Of a stretch of DNA of 64,000 bases, positions 47,744 to 56,930 are shown piece by piece (the first letter of the stretch is position 1; each line of letters opens with the position of its first letter). The stretch spans positions 224,001-288,000 of the forward strand of contig CAWCMR010000005.1 of NCBI GenBank assembly GCA_963796685.1, in the 5' to 3' direction. The notes beneath the pieces were generated by a model, which ran no database searches, was not told the origin of the DNA, and worked only from the letters and a program-made list of their open reading frames with translations. This stretch comes from an uncultured delta proteobacterium (GTDB lineage: Bacteria; Myxococcota_A; Polyangia; Fen-1088). The position numbers were made by a program, and so were the translations under genes.

Positions 47744-48346
47744 TCACGGCGTGCAGTAACCCGAGTCCATCAGACCACAGGATTGAAGGATGTCGTCTCT
47801 GCACTGCTGAGCGCCGCAGAGCGGCATACCCACTGCGCGACAATCATCGTCACTCCCGCAGGCGATATACTCACAGTGATATCTCCCGGCTAGTGCGTCG
47901 TTCGAAGCGACACAAATGCTCCCGATTGTTGGAGGAGGACTCGTGACGAGCGTCCAGCAGCAGAGCTCGCCGGGGTTGCAGTCTGCGGTTTCGTCGCATA
48001 CGCGCGTGCCTAGGATTGCGTTGCATGTGGCTGTTGCTCGGGAATCGCACCCGTTAGAAGCGGGGCGGCCCTCGACGCGTAGGCAGCAATGATCGCCGTA
48101 ACCACAGTTGATCGAGCCGCAGCGGACCTGACCGGGAGTCGAGGCGAGCAGGCCACTGTCCAACAGCGTCTGATCTACCACAACAGCATCGGTGAGCCCC
48201 GTGCGTCCTCCACCGCAGACAAAACAGAGCAGCAGCAAAGGCGCGGAGATTCGCCCGATGGGGAGCGGTTTCAGACGCGCGGCTAGTCCAAACAAGACCG
48301 ATGTCCCGAATCTAGAGATTTCGGATGCGATTCTTCGGTCCCCCAT
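47744..48346 (-). CDS. Small Cys-rich putative lipoprotein, tandem paralog 1
   Basis: LLLLCFVCGGGRTG; STPGQVRCGS..C.YGD.CC...CDETADCNPGELCC. Confidence 0.7.
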   Translation of the reverse strand: MGDRRIASEISRFGTSVLFGLAARLKPLPIGRISAPLLLLCFVCGGGRTGLTDAVVVDQTLLDSGLLASTPGQVRCGSINCGYGDHCCLRVEGRPASNGCDSRATATCNAILGTRVCDETADCNPGELCCWTLVTSPPPTIGSICVASNDALAGRYHCEYIACGSDDDCRAVGMPLCGAQQCRDDILQSCGLMDSGYCTP

Positions 48347-48464
48347 CGAGAGCCAGAATGTCCGACGGTTGCTACCACGTCAACTCGTTCCCGTGTGTCC
48401 TGTGCCCCACAGGGACAACTTCGACTGACGACTGGGTGTGTCGGGCAGGACGTGGTCGCTGACG

Positions 48465-49025
48465 TCACGGGGGACAGAGTCCCGACGGCATCTGACCGCA
48501 GGATTGAAGAATGTCGCCTCTGCATCGTTGAGCAATGCAGGAGGGCGCCCCCACCGCGCGACAATCATCATCACCGCCGCAGGCAGTCATGTCGTAGCTG
48601 CCACATCTCGGGCTTGCGGTTCCGGTACAGTAGCTCACTATCGTTGGACCCGACTGGGACAGCCAACAACAGATCTCGCCTGGGTTACAGTCTGCGGTTT
48701 CGTCGCATTCACGCGTGTCTTGGGTGCCGTGGCATGTGGTTTTTGCTCGCGAATCACACCCGTTGGAAGCGGGGTTGCCTTCCTCGCGCAAGCAGCACTG
48801 ATCGCCGTAACTGCAGGTAACCGAGCCGCAGCGGATCTGGCCAGGTGTCGAGGCAAGCAGACCACCGTCCCAAAATGTCTGGTCATTGCCGCCAGAAGCT
48901 GACACTGCCACCGTAGCATCTGTGAGGCCGGTGCGTCCTCCGCCGCAGGCAAGACAGAGCAGCAGCAAAGGCGTGAAGGTTCGCCCGATGGGGAGCGGTC
49001 TCAGACATGCAGCTAGTCCTAACAA
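48465..49025 (-). CDS. Small Cys-rich putative lipoprotein, tandem paralog 2
   Basis: LLLLCLACGGGRTG; colinear with 47744-48346; start uncertain. Confidence 0.7.
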   Translation of the reverse strand: MLGLAACLRPLPIGRTFTPLLLLCLACGGGRTGLTDATVAVSASGGNDQTFWDGGLLASTPGQIRCGSVTCSYGDQCCLREEGNPASNGCDSRAKTTCHGTQDTRECDETADCNPGEICCWLSQSGPTIVSYCTGTASPRCGSYDMTACGGDDDCRAVGAPSCIAQRCRGDILQSCGQMPSGLCPP

Positions 49026-49149
49026 GCCTGATTTTCCCTATGCGGCATGGATCTCAAGATGTCTAATAGCCGACAATCTGTCAACGTGGGATCTGGCTTG
49101 GATCTGGCTGGGCGAGGCCAGGGCGATGGGTGAACGGGGTTTGCAATGT

Positions 49150-49923
49150 GCCACCATGACCCTCGACGACCTGATGAAAGAGGAAGGCTTTCACGCCGTG
49201 TTCGTGGGCAACGGCGCCGGCCTGCCCGTGTTCCAGAACATCCCGGGCGAGAACCTCAAGGGCGTGTACTCGGCCAACGAGTACCTCACGCGCGTGAACC
49301 TGATGCGCGCCTACATGGGCATGGAAGCCGATACGCCGGTCCTGCGCGGCAACGCCGTGGTCGTTGTGGGCGGCGGCAACACCGCCATGGACGGCGTGCG
49401 CACCGCACGCCGCCTGGGCGCCGAGCCGGCGTGCCTGGTCTACCGCCGCTCCGAAAAGGAAATGCCCGCGCGCGTGGAGGAGGTCCACCACGCCAAGGAA
49501 GAGGGCGTGCGCTTCGAGATGCTGACCAACCCCATCGCGGTCCTGGGCGACGAGGCCGGCTGGGTGCGCGCCGTGCGCTGCCAGCGCATGGGTCTGGGCG
49601 AGCCGGATGCCTCGGGCCGCCGCCGTCCTGTGCCCATCGAGGGCAGCGAATTCGATATTCCCTGCCAGGTGTTCATCGAGGCGGTCGGCACCAAGTCGAA
49701 CCCGCTGCTCACCCAGGCCACGCCGGATCTCAAGCTCAACAAGTGGGGCAACATCGTCGTCGACGAAAACGGCATGACCAGCATTCCCGGCGTGTTCGCC
49801 GGCGGCGACATCGTGCGCGGCGGCGCCACCGTCATCCTGGCCATGGGCGACGGCAAGAAAGCCGCGCTCGGAATCCACGGCTACCTGAGCAAGCCAGGGG
49901 CGACGGCGTAGCCGAGTCGCAGG
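49150..49923 (+). pseudogene. nfnB: Duplicate of the 3' half of nfnB (direct repeat of 39718-40491)
   Basis: Indel-free copy at offset 9432 from MTLDDLMKEE to 12 bp past the stop; lacks the Fe-S and first FAD-binding regions. Confidence 0.92.
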
Positions 49924-49930
49924 CGCACGC

Positions 49931-51688
49931 CTACTGCGGTGATCCGCTGCCGTCGAAGGCTTCCTCGCTCACTTCGATCAGCGCGAGGCGCTCGGCGAGG
50001 TCGAAGGTAACGCGCAAATGGTCGCCGAGATCCAGCCGGCGTCGACGAAAGAACGGCAGGAATCCGGACATACCGGCAGCTGAGACGTCAAGATGTCCAA
50101 TCCGCCTGCCATCAGGGTCGCGAAGCTCATACCCGCGAGGATCGAAGCATAGCCTGAATGCGTCGGGCGTCGCTAACCGCCCGGTCAAAAGCGCGAGCTC
50201 CGACACCCGATAGGTGGCCCACAACCCCCTGGCATCCGGACGCAAGCCGTAGTCCTGCGCCGATTGGTAGCCAAGCCTGTGGCCGATGGTGGTCTTTGCC
50301 TTCGCTTCAATCTGACTCGGGGTCACCCGAGCGCCAATCAGCGTATGCACTCCCTGAGCCACACGCCGGATAATCGGACTGCTCCGTAGAGCCATGGTGA
50401 TCGTTGGTTTCCCGAGCCCCGCTTCAGCACCGAACCGAAATGCGTCTGCGCTGGACAGCAGCGGTCCGTGGGCACGAAATACGGCCAGCATCGCCCTCTC
50501 GGAGCGGGCCAGCGCGGTCGACGGATCGCGAGGCCGGGTATCGACGACGGTCCGTCCTCCTACCAGTCGACAATCCTTGAGTTGCCTGCACAAGCTCGCC
50601 AACACATGGCGGGGCGGCGCAGTGCCCTGCACTCGGTAAGGCCTGGCCAAGCCCGCCCTGAGAACAGACAGATCCACTCGCGGTGCTACGGCGAGAATCG
50701 CATCGATCTTCCGTAGCAAGGAACTGCTGCGGTCATGGCCTGGCGCGCCCTCAAACCAAAACCACCCCGACCCTTCGTCGAGCCAATGGAAACGCGACTG
50801 GGCCATCAGGGTTTCTCGGACGACGTCCGCCGCGATGGTCGCGCCACGCGCGTCGTTGATCCACGCACAGACGTCGTCGATGGTCGCACAGCCCCACCAC
50901 GCGACAGCTTCGCGTCCCGCGTAGGAAATCCTGTTCACGATGGCCGACTTCTCGAATCGCGCGGCCAGGCGCGCCTGCTCGACGCCGGATGGCACGGGCA
51001 CGCCGAACAACTCCGCCGCTCGCAAAAGGCCACCCATCGAGATCGTGGGCGCCGCGAGTCCTTCGGCAACGAGGAGAGAGCATGCCCGACTCTCGGACCA
51101 CCTTGGCAAGCGGCCGAGCACATCGATGGCGGAATGGAGTCGTGGCATGTCGAATTGAACGTCCGCGAGCCTGCGCTTCGTCTTCTCCATGATTTGCCGG
51201 ATTCGCTCCCTGGTTAGGTTGGCAGTGTCCCCCACGGATTGAAGCGTTGGTCGTGCAACCTGGTCCAGACCGATCCAGGATTTCATCTTCGAAACGTCCG
51301 CGGCCTTGAGCACAGCCGCAAGCGCGGAGGCAATCTCGGTCTCCACGCCGAAACGCGAATCAATGCCGTAGCGTCTGTTCAGCCAAGCCTGCCGGATACG
51401 AGACAGCTCTGGTGCGTACCGTTCGGCCAGCTCCACAATATCAGTCCGCCCCCAGGGGGGGATCTGCATGGACAAGGACAACCCCAAGTCCTGCAGCATG
51501 GCGTTGAGCTCTCCGATCGTCCCCCACCCGCAGTTGCGGGCCTCGAGCAGGTCTGCTTCGGTGTGCGAAACCAGCTCCGCCAGATAATGAATACCCCTCC
51601 TTTTCAGACATCCCCACGCGCGAGCGGACAGATTGAGCTGCGAGACGCTGAGAAGCAGCTCCTTGGGCATTGCAATGCGTTTGCTCAT
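49931..51688 (-). CDS. RNA polymerase alpha-CTD-like + sigma70 region 4-like HTH protein
   Basis: LNLSARAWGCLKRRGIHYLAELV...LLEARNCG..TIGEL (alphaCTD); TLQSVGDTANLTRERIRQI (sigma4). Confidence 0.8.
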   Translation of the reverse strand: MSKRIAMPKELLLSVSQLNLSARAWGCLKRRGIHYLAELVSHTEADLLEARNCGWGTIGELNAMLQDLGLSLSMQIPPWGRTDIVELAERYAPELSRIRQAWLNRRYGIDSRFGVETEIASALAAVLKAADVSKMKSWIGLDQVARPTLQSVGDTANLTRERIRQIMEKTKRRLADVQFDMPRLHSAIDVLGRLPRWSESRACSLLVAEGLAAPTISMGGLLRAAELFGVPVPSGVEQARLAARFEKSAIVNRISYAGREAVAWWGCATIDDVCAWINDARGATIAADVVRETLMAQSRFHWLDEGSGWFWFEGAPGHDRSSSLLRKIDAILAVAPRVDLSVLRAGLARPYRVQGTAPPRHVLASLCRQLKDCRLVGGRTVVDTRPRDPSTALARSERAMLAVFRAHGPLLSSADAFRFGAEAGLGKPTITMALRSSPIIRRVAQGVHTLIGARVTPSQIEAKAKTTIGHRLGYQSAQDYGLRPDARGLWATYRVSELALLTGRLATPDAFRLCFDPRGYELRDPDGRRIGHLDVSAAGMSGFLPFFRRRRLDLGDHLRVTFDLAERLALIEVSEEAFDGSGSPQ

Positions 51689-51710
51689 TCGTCGGACACC
51701 ACGTCAGCGT

Positions 51711-53093
51711 TCATCGTCCAAAGCCGCGAGCGACCAGCCATGTGATGCATCCACCGAGAAGGGCGGCGGCCGCTATCGCGGCGGCCTTCGCGCGCTTGCG
51801 CTGCCAGAGCGGTGGGCGCGGGTCGCTTGGTCTTTCGCTCGGGCAGGACGAGGGATCTTCGGGCCACAGGTGCAAATCCAGGGTCTTCACGACACGCTCG
51901 CCGTTGTCGTTCTGGGAAGGCCTGACTTGGCCGACGTCTATCTCGGTCTCGGTTCGCAGGCGCTGGGTGGTCGGCATCACGGGACACTCTTCGAGTGGCG
52001 CCAGGGGAACCACCACCGCAGCAGCCATGACCGACCGTGGGCTCATTTCGCCAGAAGTGTCCGCCTGCACACCGGCCTCTGTATCAACCCCCGCGCCCGT
52101 CCAGCCATCGACCGTGCTCACGCTGTGCTGGGAGGGCATGATTTCTGTGGGGGACGCAACGACGTTCGGCCGCGTACCCTTGGCTGGCGTAATCGGCGAC
52201 GGCGGTGCGCCTGTGGCCGCGAAGGTATCGCCCCACTGGGCGCGCCCCTCGTTGCTCGCGTCTTCCAGAATGGCCCGGCCAAAGTCGAGCACGGATGGGT
52301 AGCGCCGATCCTTTGCCACGCTCATGGCTTTCGAGATTGCGGCATCGAGCCCCACCGAGATCTCGGCACGGACCTCGCGCGGTCGCGGGTATTCCGCCCT
52401 CAAGATCGCCCCGATCAACTCGGCACCCTCCTTGCGCGCGAAGGGCGACTTTCCGGCCAAGGCCACATACGCCAGCAACCCGACCGCGTACTGATCGGAT
52501 TTGGCGTCGGCCTCCACGTTTCTTACCTGTTCGGGCGAGAAATAGCGTGGCGTCCCCACCACGTGTCCTGGCCGGGTGATCTCGCCCGATGCATTTTCCC
52601 CAAGGATGGCCACCCCGAAGTCCAGCACCTTCACCGACGTTCCTTCCGGCGTCTCGTGCAAGAACACGTTTCCCGGTTTGAGATCCCGATGGACGACGCC
52701 GCGGGTATGGCAAGCATGCACGCCCGCGCAAACCCCGAGGATGATGTCCACGGCCTCGCCCACGGGTATCTGCCCGCGTTTCAGCCGCGACGAAAGATCC
52801 TCGCCGCGAAGGTAGGCCATGACGATGTACGGGGTCGGCCTCGCGCTGAAATCGAGGATGCTGACCACGTTCGGATGGTTGAGCTGGCTGATGGCCTCGG
52901 CCTCGCGCGAAAAGCGTCTGAGCAGATCGGGGTCGGGCGCTCCGAGGACCTTGATGGCCACGTCCCGATTCAGGGACGGATCCCAGGCTCGATACACCTC
53001 GCCCATGCCGCCGCGACCGAGCATCTCGCGAATCTCGTAGCGGCCAAGCGCTGTGCCGCGCTTTAGTATTTCCCCTGACACGGTATGCTCCAT
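51711..53093 (-). CDS. Ser/Thr protein kinase with C-terminal TM segment
   Basis: LGRGGMGEVY, VAIK, HRDLKPGN, DFG, SPE. Confidence 0.9.
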   Translation of the reverse strand: MEHTVSGEILKRGTALGRYEIREMLGRGGMGEVYRAWDPSLNRDVAIKVLGAPDPDLLRRFSREAEAISQLNHPNVVSILDFSARPTPYIVMAYLRGEDLSSRLKRGQIPVGEAVDIILGVCAGVHACHTRGVVHRDLKPGNVFLHETPEGTSVKVLDFGVAILGENASGEITRPGHVVGTPRYFSPEQVRNVEADAKSDQYAVGLLAYVALAGKSPFARKEGAELIGAILRAEYPRPREVRAEISVGLDAAISKAMSVAKDRRYPSVLDFGRAILEDASNEGRAQWGDTFAATGAPPSPITPAKGTRPNVVASPTEIMPSQHSVSTVDGWTGAGVDTEAGVQADTSGEMSPRSVMAAAVVVPLAPLEECPVMPTTQRLRTETEIDVGQVRPSQNDNGERVVKTLDLHLWPEDPSSCPSERPSDPRPPLWQRKRAKAAAIAAAALLGGCITWLVARGFGR

Positions 53094-53113
53094 TCTAATC
53101 GCTTCGTGATTCC

Positions 53114-54382
53114 ATGGATGACGTAATCCTCAACCCCGGCGAAGTCATCTGCGACGGGCGCTACGAGATCATCCATGCGCTCGGGCAGGGCGGGATGGGC
53201 GTGGTCTACAAGGCCCGGTCGCTCGCGCTCAAGCGCGACGTGGCCATCAAGATGCTGACCCACATCGACGAGGATCTCCGGCAGAGACTCCGCCGCGAGG
53301 GCGATCTGCTGGCCAAGATCGATCACCCGGCCGTGGTTCAGATCTACGACTTCATGGAAACCGGCCCGCAGGGGCCGATGCTGGTACTCGAATACGTGCC
53401 GGGCCGCGACCTCGGCTCGGTCCTGGGCAAGCCCATGGCGATCAGCGAGGCCGCGGACCTCCTCTTGGCGATTTGCAGCGGGGTGGCCGCCTGCCACCGT
53501 TTCGGGATCATCCATCGTGACCTCAAGCCGAGCAACATACGACTTGCCGAGGGCACCGAGTGGCGTACGCGGGTGAAGATCCTGGACTTCGGCATCGCCA
53601 TTCCCTACGACTCGCCCATCATCAAAGCACGTCAGGCTCGCATCACCCAGATGGGCGTCGTTCCTGGCACGCCCTGCTTCACCGCACCCGAGCTGCTTCG
53701 GAGCGAGGAGCCGGACGACAAGTGTGATCAGTATGGGCTGGCGGTGCTGCTCTACATGGCGTTGACGGGGCGGGAGCCGTTTCCCGAGCTTGCGGGCAAG
53801 GAGCTTGTAGTGGCGATTCTGCAGGGCAGCTACCTGTCGGCGCGCTTCCTACGCCACCAGATCCCGACCGACCTGGAGCAGATCCTCGTGCGCGCGCTCG
53901 ACACCGACCCGCGGAAACGCTTCGCCAGCGTGGTCGACTTCGCATTCGCGCTCTTGCCTTTCGCCAGCCCGAAGGCTGGCTCGTACTGGACCCACTACTT
54001 CACCAACGCGAGAAGGCCCGTTTCGCGCAGATTGCTGGAGCCGGTCTCGGCGGCGAATCGCGGTCAGCCGGTCGTGCCGCTGGTCCAACGGATCGAGGTG
54101 ATGGCCGGACCTCCGCCCACTGCGACCCCTCGCCATCAGCCGCCGACGGTCGTCGATTCGATGCCCGCGCCGATTCCCGCGGCCACGCCGCCCCGGTCTG
54201 CCCGCACGCCTGATGGTGCGCCATCGGCCGAAGAGGTGAGGGTCGGAAGGCGGCCGGGCCGCTCCCGTCCGCAAGCCGACTCTTCCAACGACTTCCTTCG
54301 CAGTTACCTCACGGGTCTCGGCATCGGGGTGGCGGGCATCATCGTGGTAGTGTTGGCCTACCTGATTTTCCAGGCAAAGTGA
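53114..54382 (+). CDS. Ser/Thr protein kinase with C-terminal TM segment
   Basis: LGQGGMGVVY, VAIK, HRDLKPSN, DFG, APE. Confidence 0.9.
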   Translation: MDDVILNPGEVICDGRYEIIHALGQGGMGVVYKARSLALKRDVAIKMLTHIDEDLRQRLRREGDLLAKIDHPAVVQIYDFMETGPQGPMLVLEYVPGRDLGSVLGKPMAISEAADLLLAICSGVAACHRFGIIHRDLKPSNIRLAEGTEWRTRVKILDFGIAIPYDSPIIKARQARITQMGVVPGTPCFTAPELLRSEEPDDKCDQYGLAVLLYMALTGREPFPELAGKELVVAILQGSYLSARFLRHQIPTDLEQILVRALDTDPRKRFASVVDFAFALLPFASPKAGSYWTHYFTNARRPVSRRLLEPVSAANRGQPVVPLVQRIEVMAGPPPTATPRHQPPTVVDSMPAPIPAATPPRSARTPDGAPSAEEVRVGRRPGRSRPQADSSNDFLRSYLTGLGIGVAGIIVVVLAYLIFQAK

Positions 54383-54385
54383 ACG

Positions 54386-56002
54386 ATGTCCAACCCACGC
54401 GTCCATAGGCTTCCCGCGGATCACAACAAGTTTCCGCGCCGCCTGGGGCCGTACGTGGTCGTGACCTTCCTCGGCGAGGGCGGCATGGGAAGCGTTTATC
54501 TGGCCCTGACGGGCTGCAAGGATGCCGCTAAATTCTGTGTCATCAAGCAACTGGGCAGCGCCTGGTCCGACTTTCCCGCCGACGAGCTTCCCGCCATCGA
54601 GGGGCGTTTTAGGCGCGAGGCTGAAATCACCATGGCGCTTTCCCACCCGTCGATTCCCAAGACCTTTGCCGTGGGCGACGAGCAGGGACCCTATCTGGTG
54701 CAGGAATTCGTCGACGGCGTAAACCTGCGCCACCTGGTTGCCCACGCGACTTCGGCCGGCGAGTCCATTTCGAATCCGCTGGCCTCGTACATCGTGGCCG
54801 AGGTGGCCAAGGCGCTTTCGTACCTGCACGATTTCGAATCGCTGGGGCTGGTCCACAGGGACGTCACCCCCGACAATGTGATGCTCGCGGCGAGCGGGGA
54901 GGTGAAGCTCATCGACTTCGGCATCGCCAAGGCCACGGCACGGGACGACGGGCTCACCACTCGGGGCGTGGTGGGCAAGGCCGACTGGATGGCGCCTGAG
55001 ATTTTTCACGGGGCCAAGCCGGATCGCAGGGCCGATATCTACGCGCTCGGCTTGCTTTATTGGTACCTCTTGACCCGCCGGGATCCGGGATCCACGCAGT
55101 CGAACCGCACCGCCACGCAAGATCGCTTCCTTCCACCTTCCGCCTTCGTGGCCGATGTCACGCCCGAGCTGGATGGCGTGGTGACCAGGGCCATGGATCC
55201 CAATCCTGAACTTCGCTTTCAGACCGCGAAGGAGCTTCAGCGCGCAGCGACCCGGCTCATCCCCGCGGGCCTCAAGGGCAAAGAAGAGGTAGCAGGCCTG
55301 ATCTTCCGCAACACAAGTCGACTAGGCGATGGCCTGTATCCGAGGCTGATGGAAGAGGGACGGCATCTGCTCGACGACGCACCGGCGGCGGAGAGGGTCG
55401 AGCGCAGGAGAGTCGTGGACAGCGACGCGACCGAGATCGCCAAGTCTGTACGATGGCGGCGTATCATCCTCTTCGGGCTGGGCGTGGTGGGTGTTCTGGT
55501 GGTGGGGCTGATGGTCCCTTGGAAAGGCGAGAAAACTGTGGAGAAGACGCCCGTGCAGGCGCCGCCCGCAGCCGCGGTGGTCGCACCGCCAGCGCCACTG
55601 CCGGAACCGGCCCCGGCCCCGGCCACCGCATTCCGGCCCCCGGCGCCCGCGCCCGGCGTCGCCTCTGCCGCGGTGCCTGTGAGGAAGACGGCGGCGCCAC
55701 AACCAAAGGTGGAACCCGAACGCGGCGCCGTGCAGGAGAGCGCGGACGAGCTGCTGGCATCGGCGAAGGATAGCTTCGAGCGCTCCGATCTCTCCAAGGC
55801 GCTTGCGCTCGCCCAGCGTGCCGCGGAACAAGGCGCGGGTGCGCCCGCGTTCGTGCTGATTGGAACCTGTCTTTCCATCAAGGGGGATTTTGCTGGTGCC
55901 AAGGATGCGTTGAAACAGGCGCTGCGCCTTTCGCCAGGCGATGCCAACGCCACGCGCATGCTGAAACGGCTTGGCAACGGGACGCCCGAAGACACACCGT
56001 GA
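54386..56002 (+). CDS. Membrane Ser/Thr kinase with Pro-rich linker and extracytoplasmic TPR
   Basis: LGEGGMGSVY, HRDVTPDN, DFG, APE; TM IILFGLGVVGVLVVGLMV; TPR ...LKQALRLSPGDANA. Confidence 0.9.
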   Translation: MSNPRVHRLPADHNKFPRRLGPYVVVTFLGEGGMGSVYLALTGCKDAAKFCVIKQLGSAWSDFPADELPAIEGRFRREAEITMALSHPSIPKTFAVGDEQGPYLVQEFVDGVNLRHLVAHATSAGESISNPLASYIVAEVAKALSYLHDFESLGLVHRDVTPDNVMLAASGEVKLIDFGIAKATARDDGLTTRGVVGKADWMAPEIFHGAKPDRRADIYALGLLYWYLLTRRDPGSTQSNRTATQDRFLPPSAFVADVTPELDGVVTRAMDPNPELRFQTAKELQRAATRLIPAGLKGKEEVAGLIFRNTSRLGDGLYPRLMEEGRHLLDDAPAAERVERRRVVDSDATEIAKSVRWRRIILFGLGVVGVLVVGLMVPWKGEKTVEKTPVQAPPAAAVVAPPAPLPEPAPAPATAFRPPAPAPGVASAAVPVRKTAAPQPKVEPERGAVQESADELLASAKDSFERSDLSKALALAQRAAEQGAGAPAFVLIGTCLSIKGDFAGAKDALKQALRLSPGDANATRMLKRLGNGTPEDTP

Positions 56003-56928
56003 AGGCGACAACACATGCCTATCCCAACCACGACCAACCTATCGAACGGAGAAGAACCCTCGTGAGAAAGATTCTGCTAGCCATCCTGATCCTTACCATC
56101 GGCTGGTCGGTTTCACGCGAAGCCACGGCACAACCGCTGCGAACCGTGGCTTTTATTGATGCCGTGAAGTTCCCGCCCAAGGCCAAGCAGGCGCACCTTC
56201 GCTTGCGTGCTGCGCTGGAAGAGTCTTTCTCAGTTAAGAGCTGGTTTCTGGCCGAAACCGGCCGCCCCATCGAGGATTGCGGCGCAACATCCCAGTGCCT
56301 GGCCAAGGTGGCCAGTGACACGGGCACGCAATACGTCCTGCGCATCGCTGGAAAGAAGAGCCAAGAGTACGCGTATGACATGACACTGGATCTCTATTCC
56401 ACGGTTCTCGGTGGCATGCGCAGCAGCCTTGCTACTTGCGACATCTGTGATCCGGGTCGTATGGCAGAAGTCGCAAGCAAGGCCGCAGTGGAGCTACTGG
56501 TAAGCGCCGCAAAGGAAGAGGCCGGCCTGAGAGAGCGAGCCAAGCAGACAGCACTGTCGTCGGCTCCGCCATTGGTGTCGCAAGCTCCCACCCCGCCACC
56601 GACAGCGTTCGTCGTGCCCCCTGCCGTTTCTGTGACGGCGCCGGCAAACCGATCCTGGATTCCTTGGGCGTTGATCGGCGTTGGAGTGGTCGGAGTGGGC
56701 TACGGGGGATGGGCACTACACGAAGATGGCAAATCAGCGGGATCTTGTTCGCCCACGCGCGTCCCCACCACTTGTAACCAGTATTCTTTCGGCGCGGTAG
56801 GCTTGGTCAGCCTCGTGGGCGGCGGCTTGCTCGCAACAGCGGGCGTAATTTGGGAAATCACAACTCTTACCCACGCGACCACGATTTCGGCGTCGCCGAA
56901 CCACGTCGCACTGAACGTGAGGTTCTAG
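55999..56928 (+). CDS. Exported hypothetical protein with C-terminal hydrophobic hairpin
   Basis: Signal peptide (..REATAQ), Cys pairs, PWALIGVGVVGVG and terminal Phe; GTGA overlap with the kinase. Confidence 0.7.
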   Translation: MKATTHAYPNHDQPIERRRTLVRKILLAILILTIGWSVSREATAQPLRTVAFIDAVKFPPKAKQAHLRLRAALEESFSVKSWFLAETGRPIEDCGATSQCLAKVASDTGTQYVLRIAGKKSQEYAYDMTLDLYSTVLGGMRSSLATCDICDPGRMAEVASKAAVELLVSAAKEEAGLRERAKQTALSSAPPLVSQAPTPPPTAFVVPPAVSVTAPANRSWIPWALIGVGVVGVGYGGWALHEDGKSAGSCSPTRVPTTCNQYSFGAVGLVSLVGGGLLATAGVIWEITTLTHATTISASPNHVALNVRF

Positions 56929-56930
56929 CC

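Noticed and set aside
48886-49155. Novel N-terminus fused to the nfnB copy (341-aa ORF)
   Set aside because: Overlaps the opposite-strand lipoprotein gene and has no RBS; a chance open frame before the duplicated segment.
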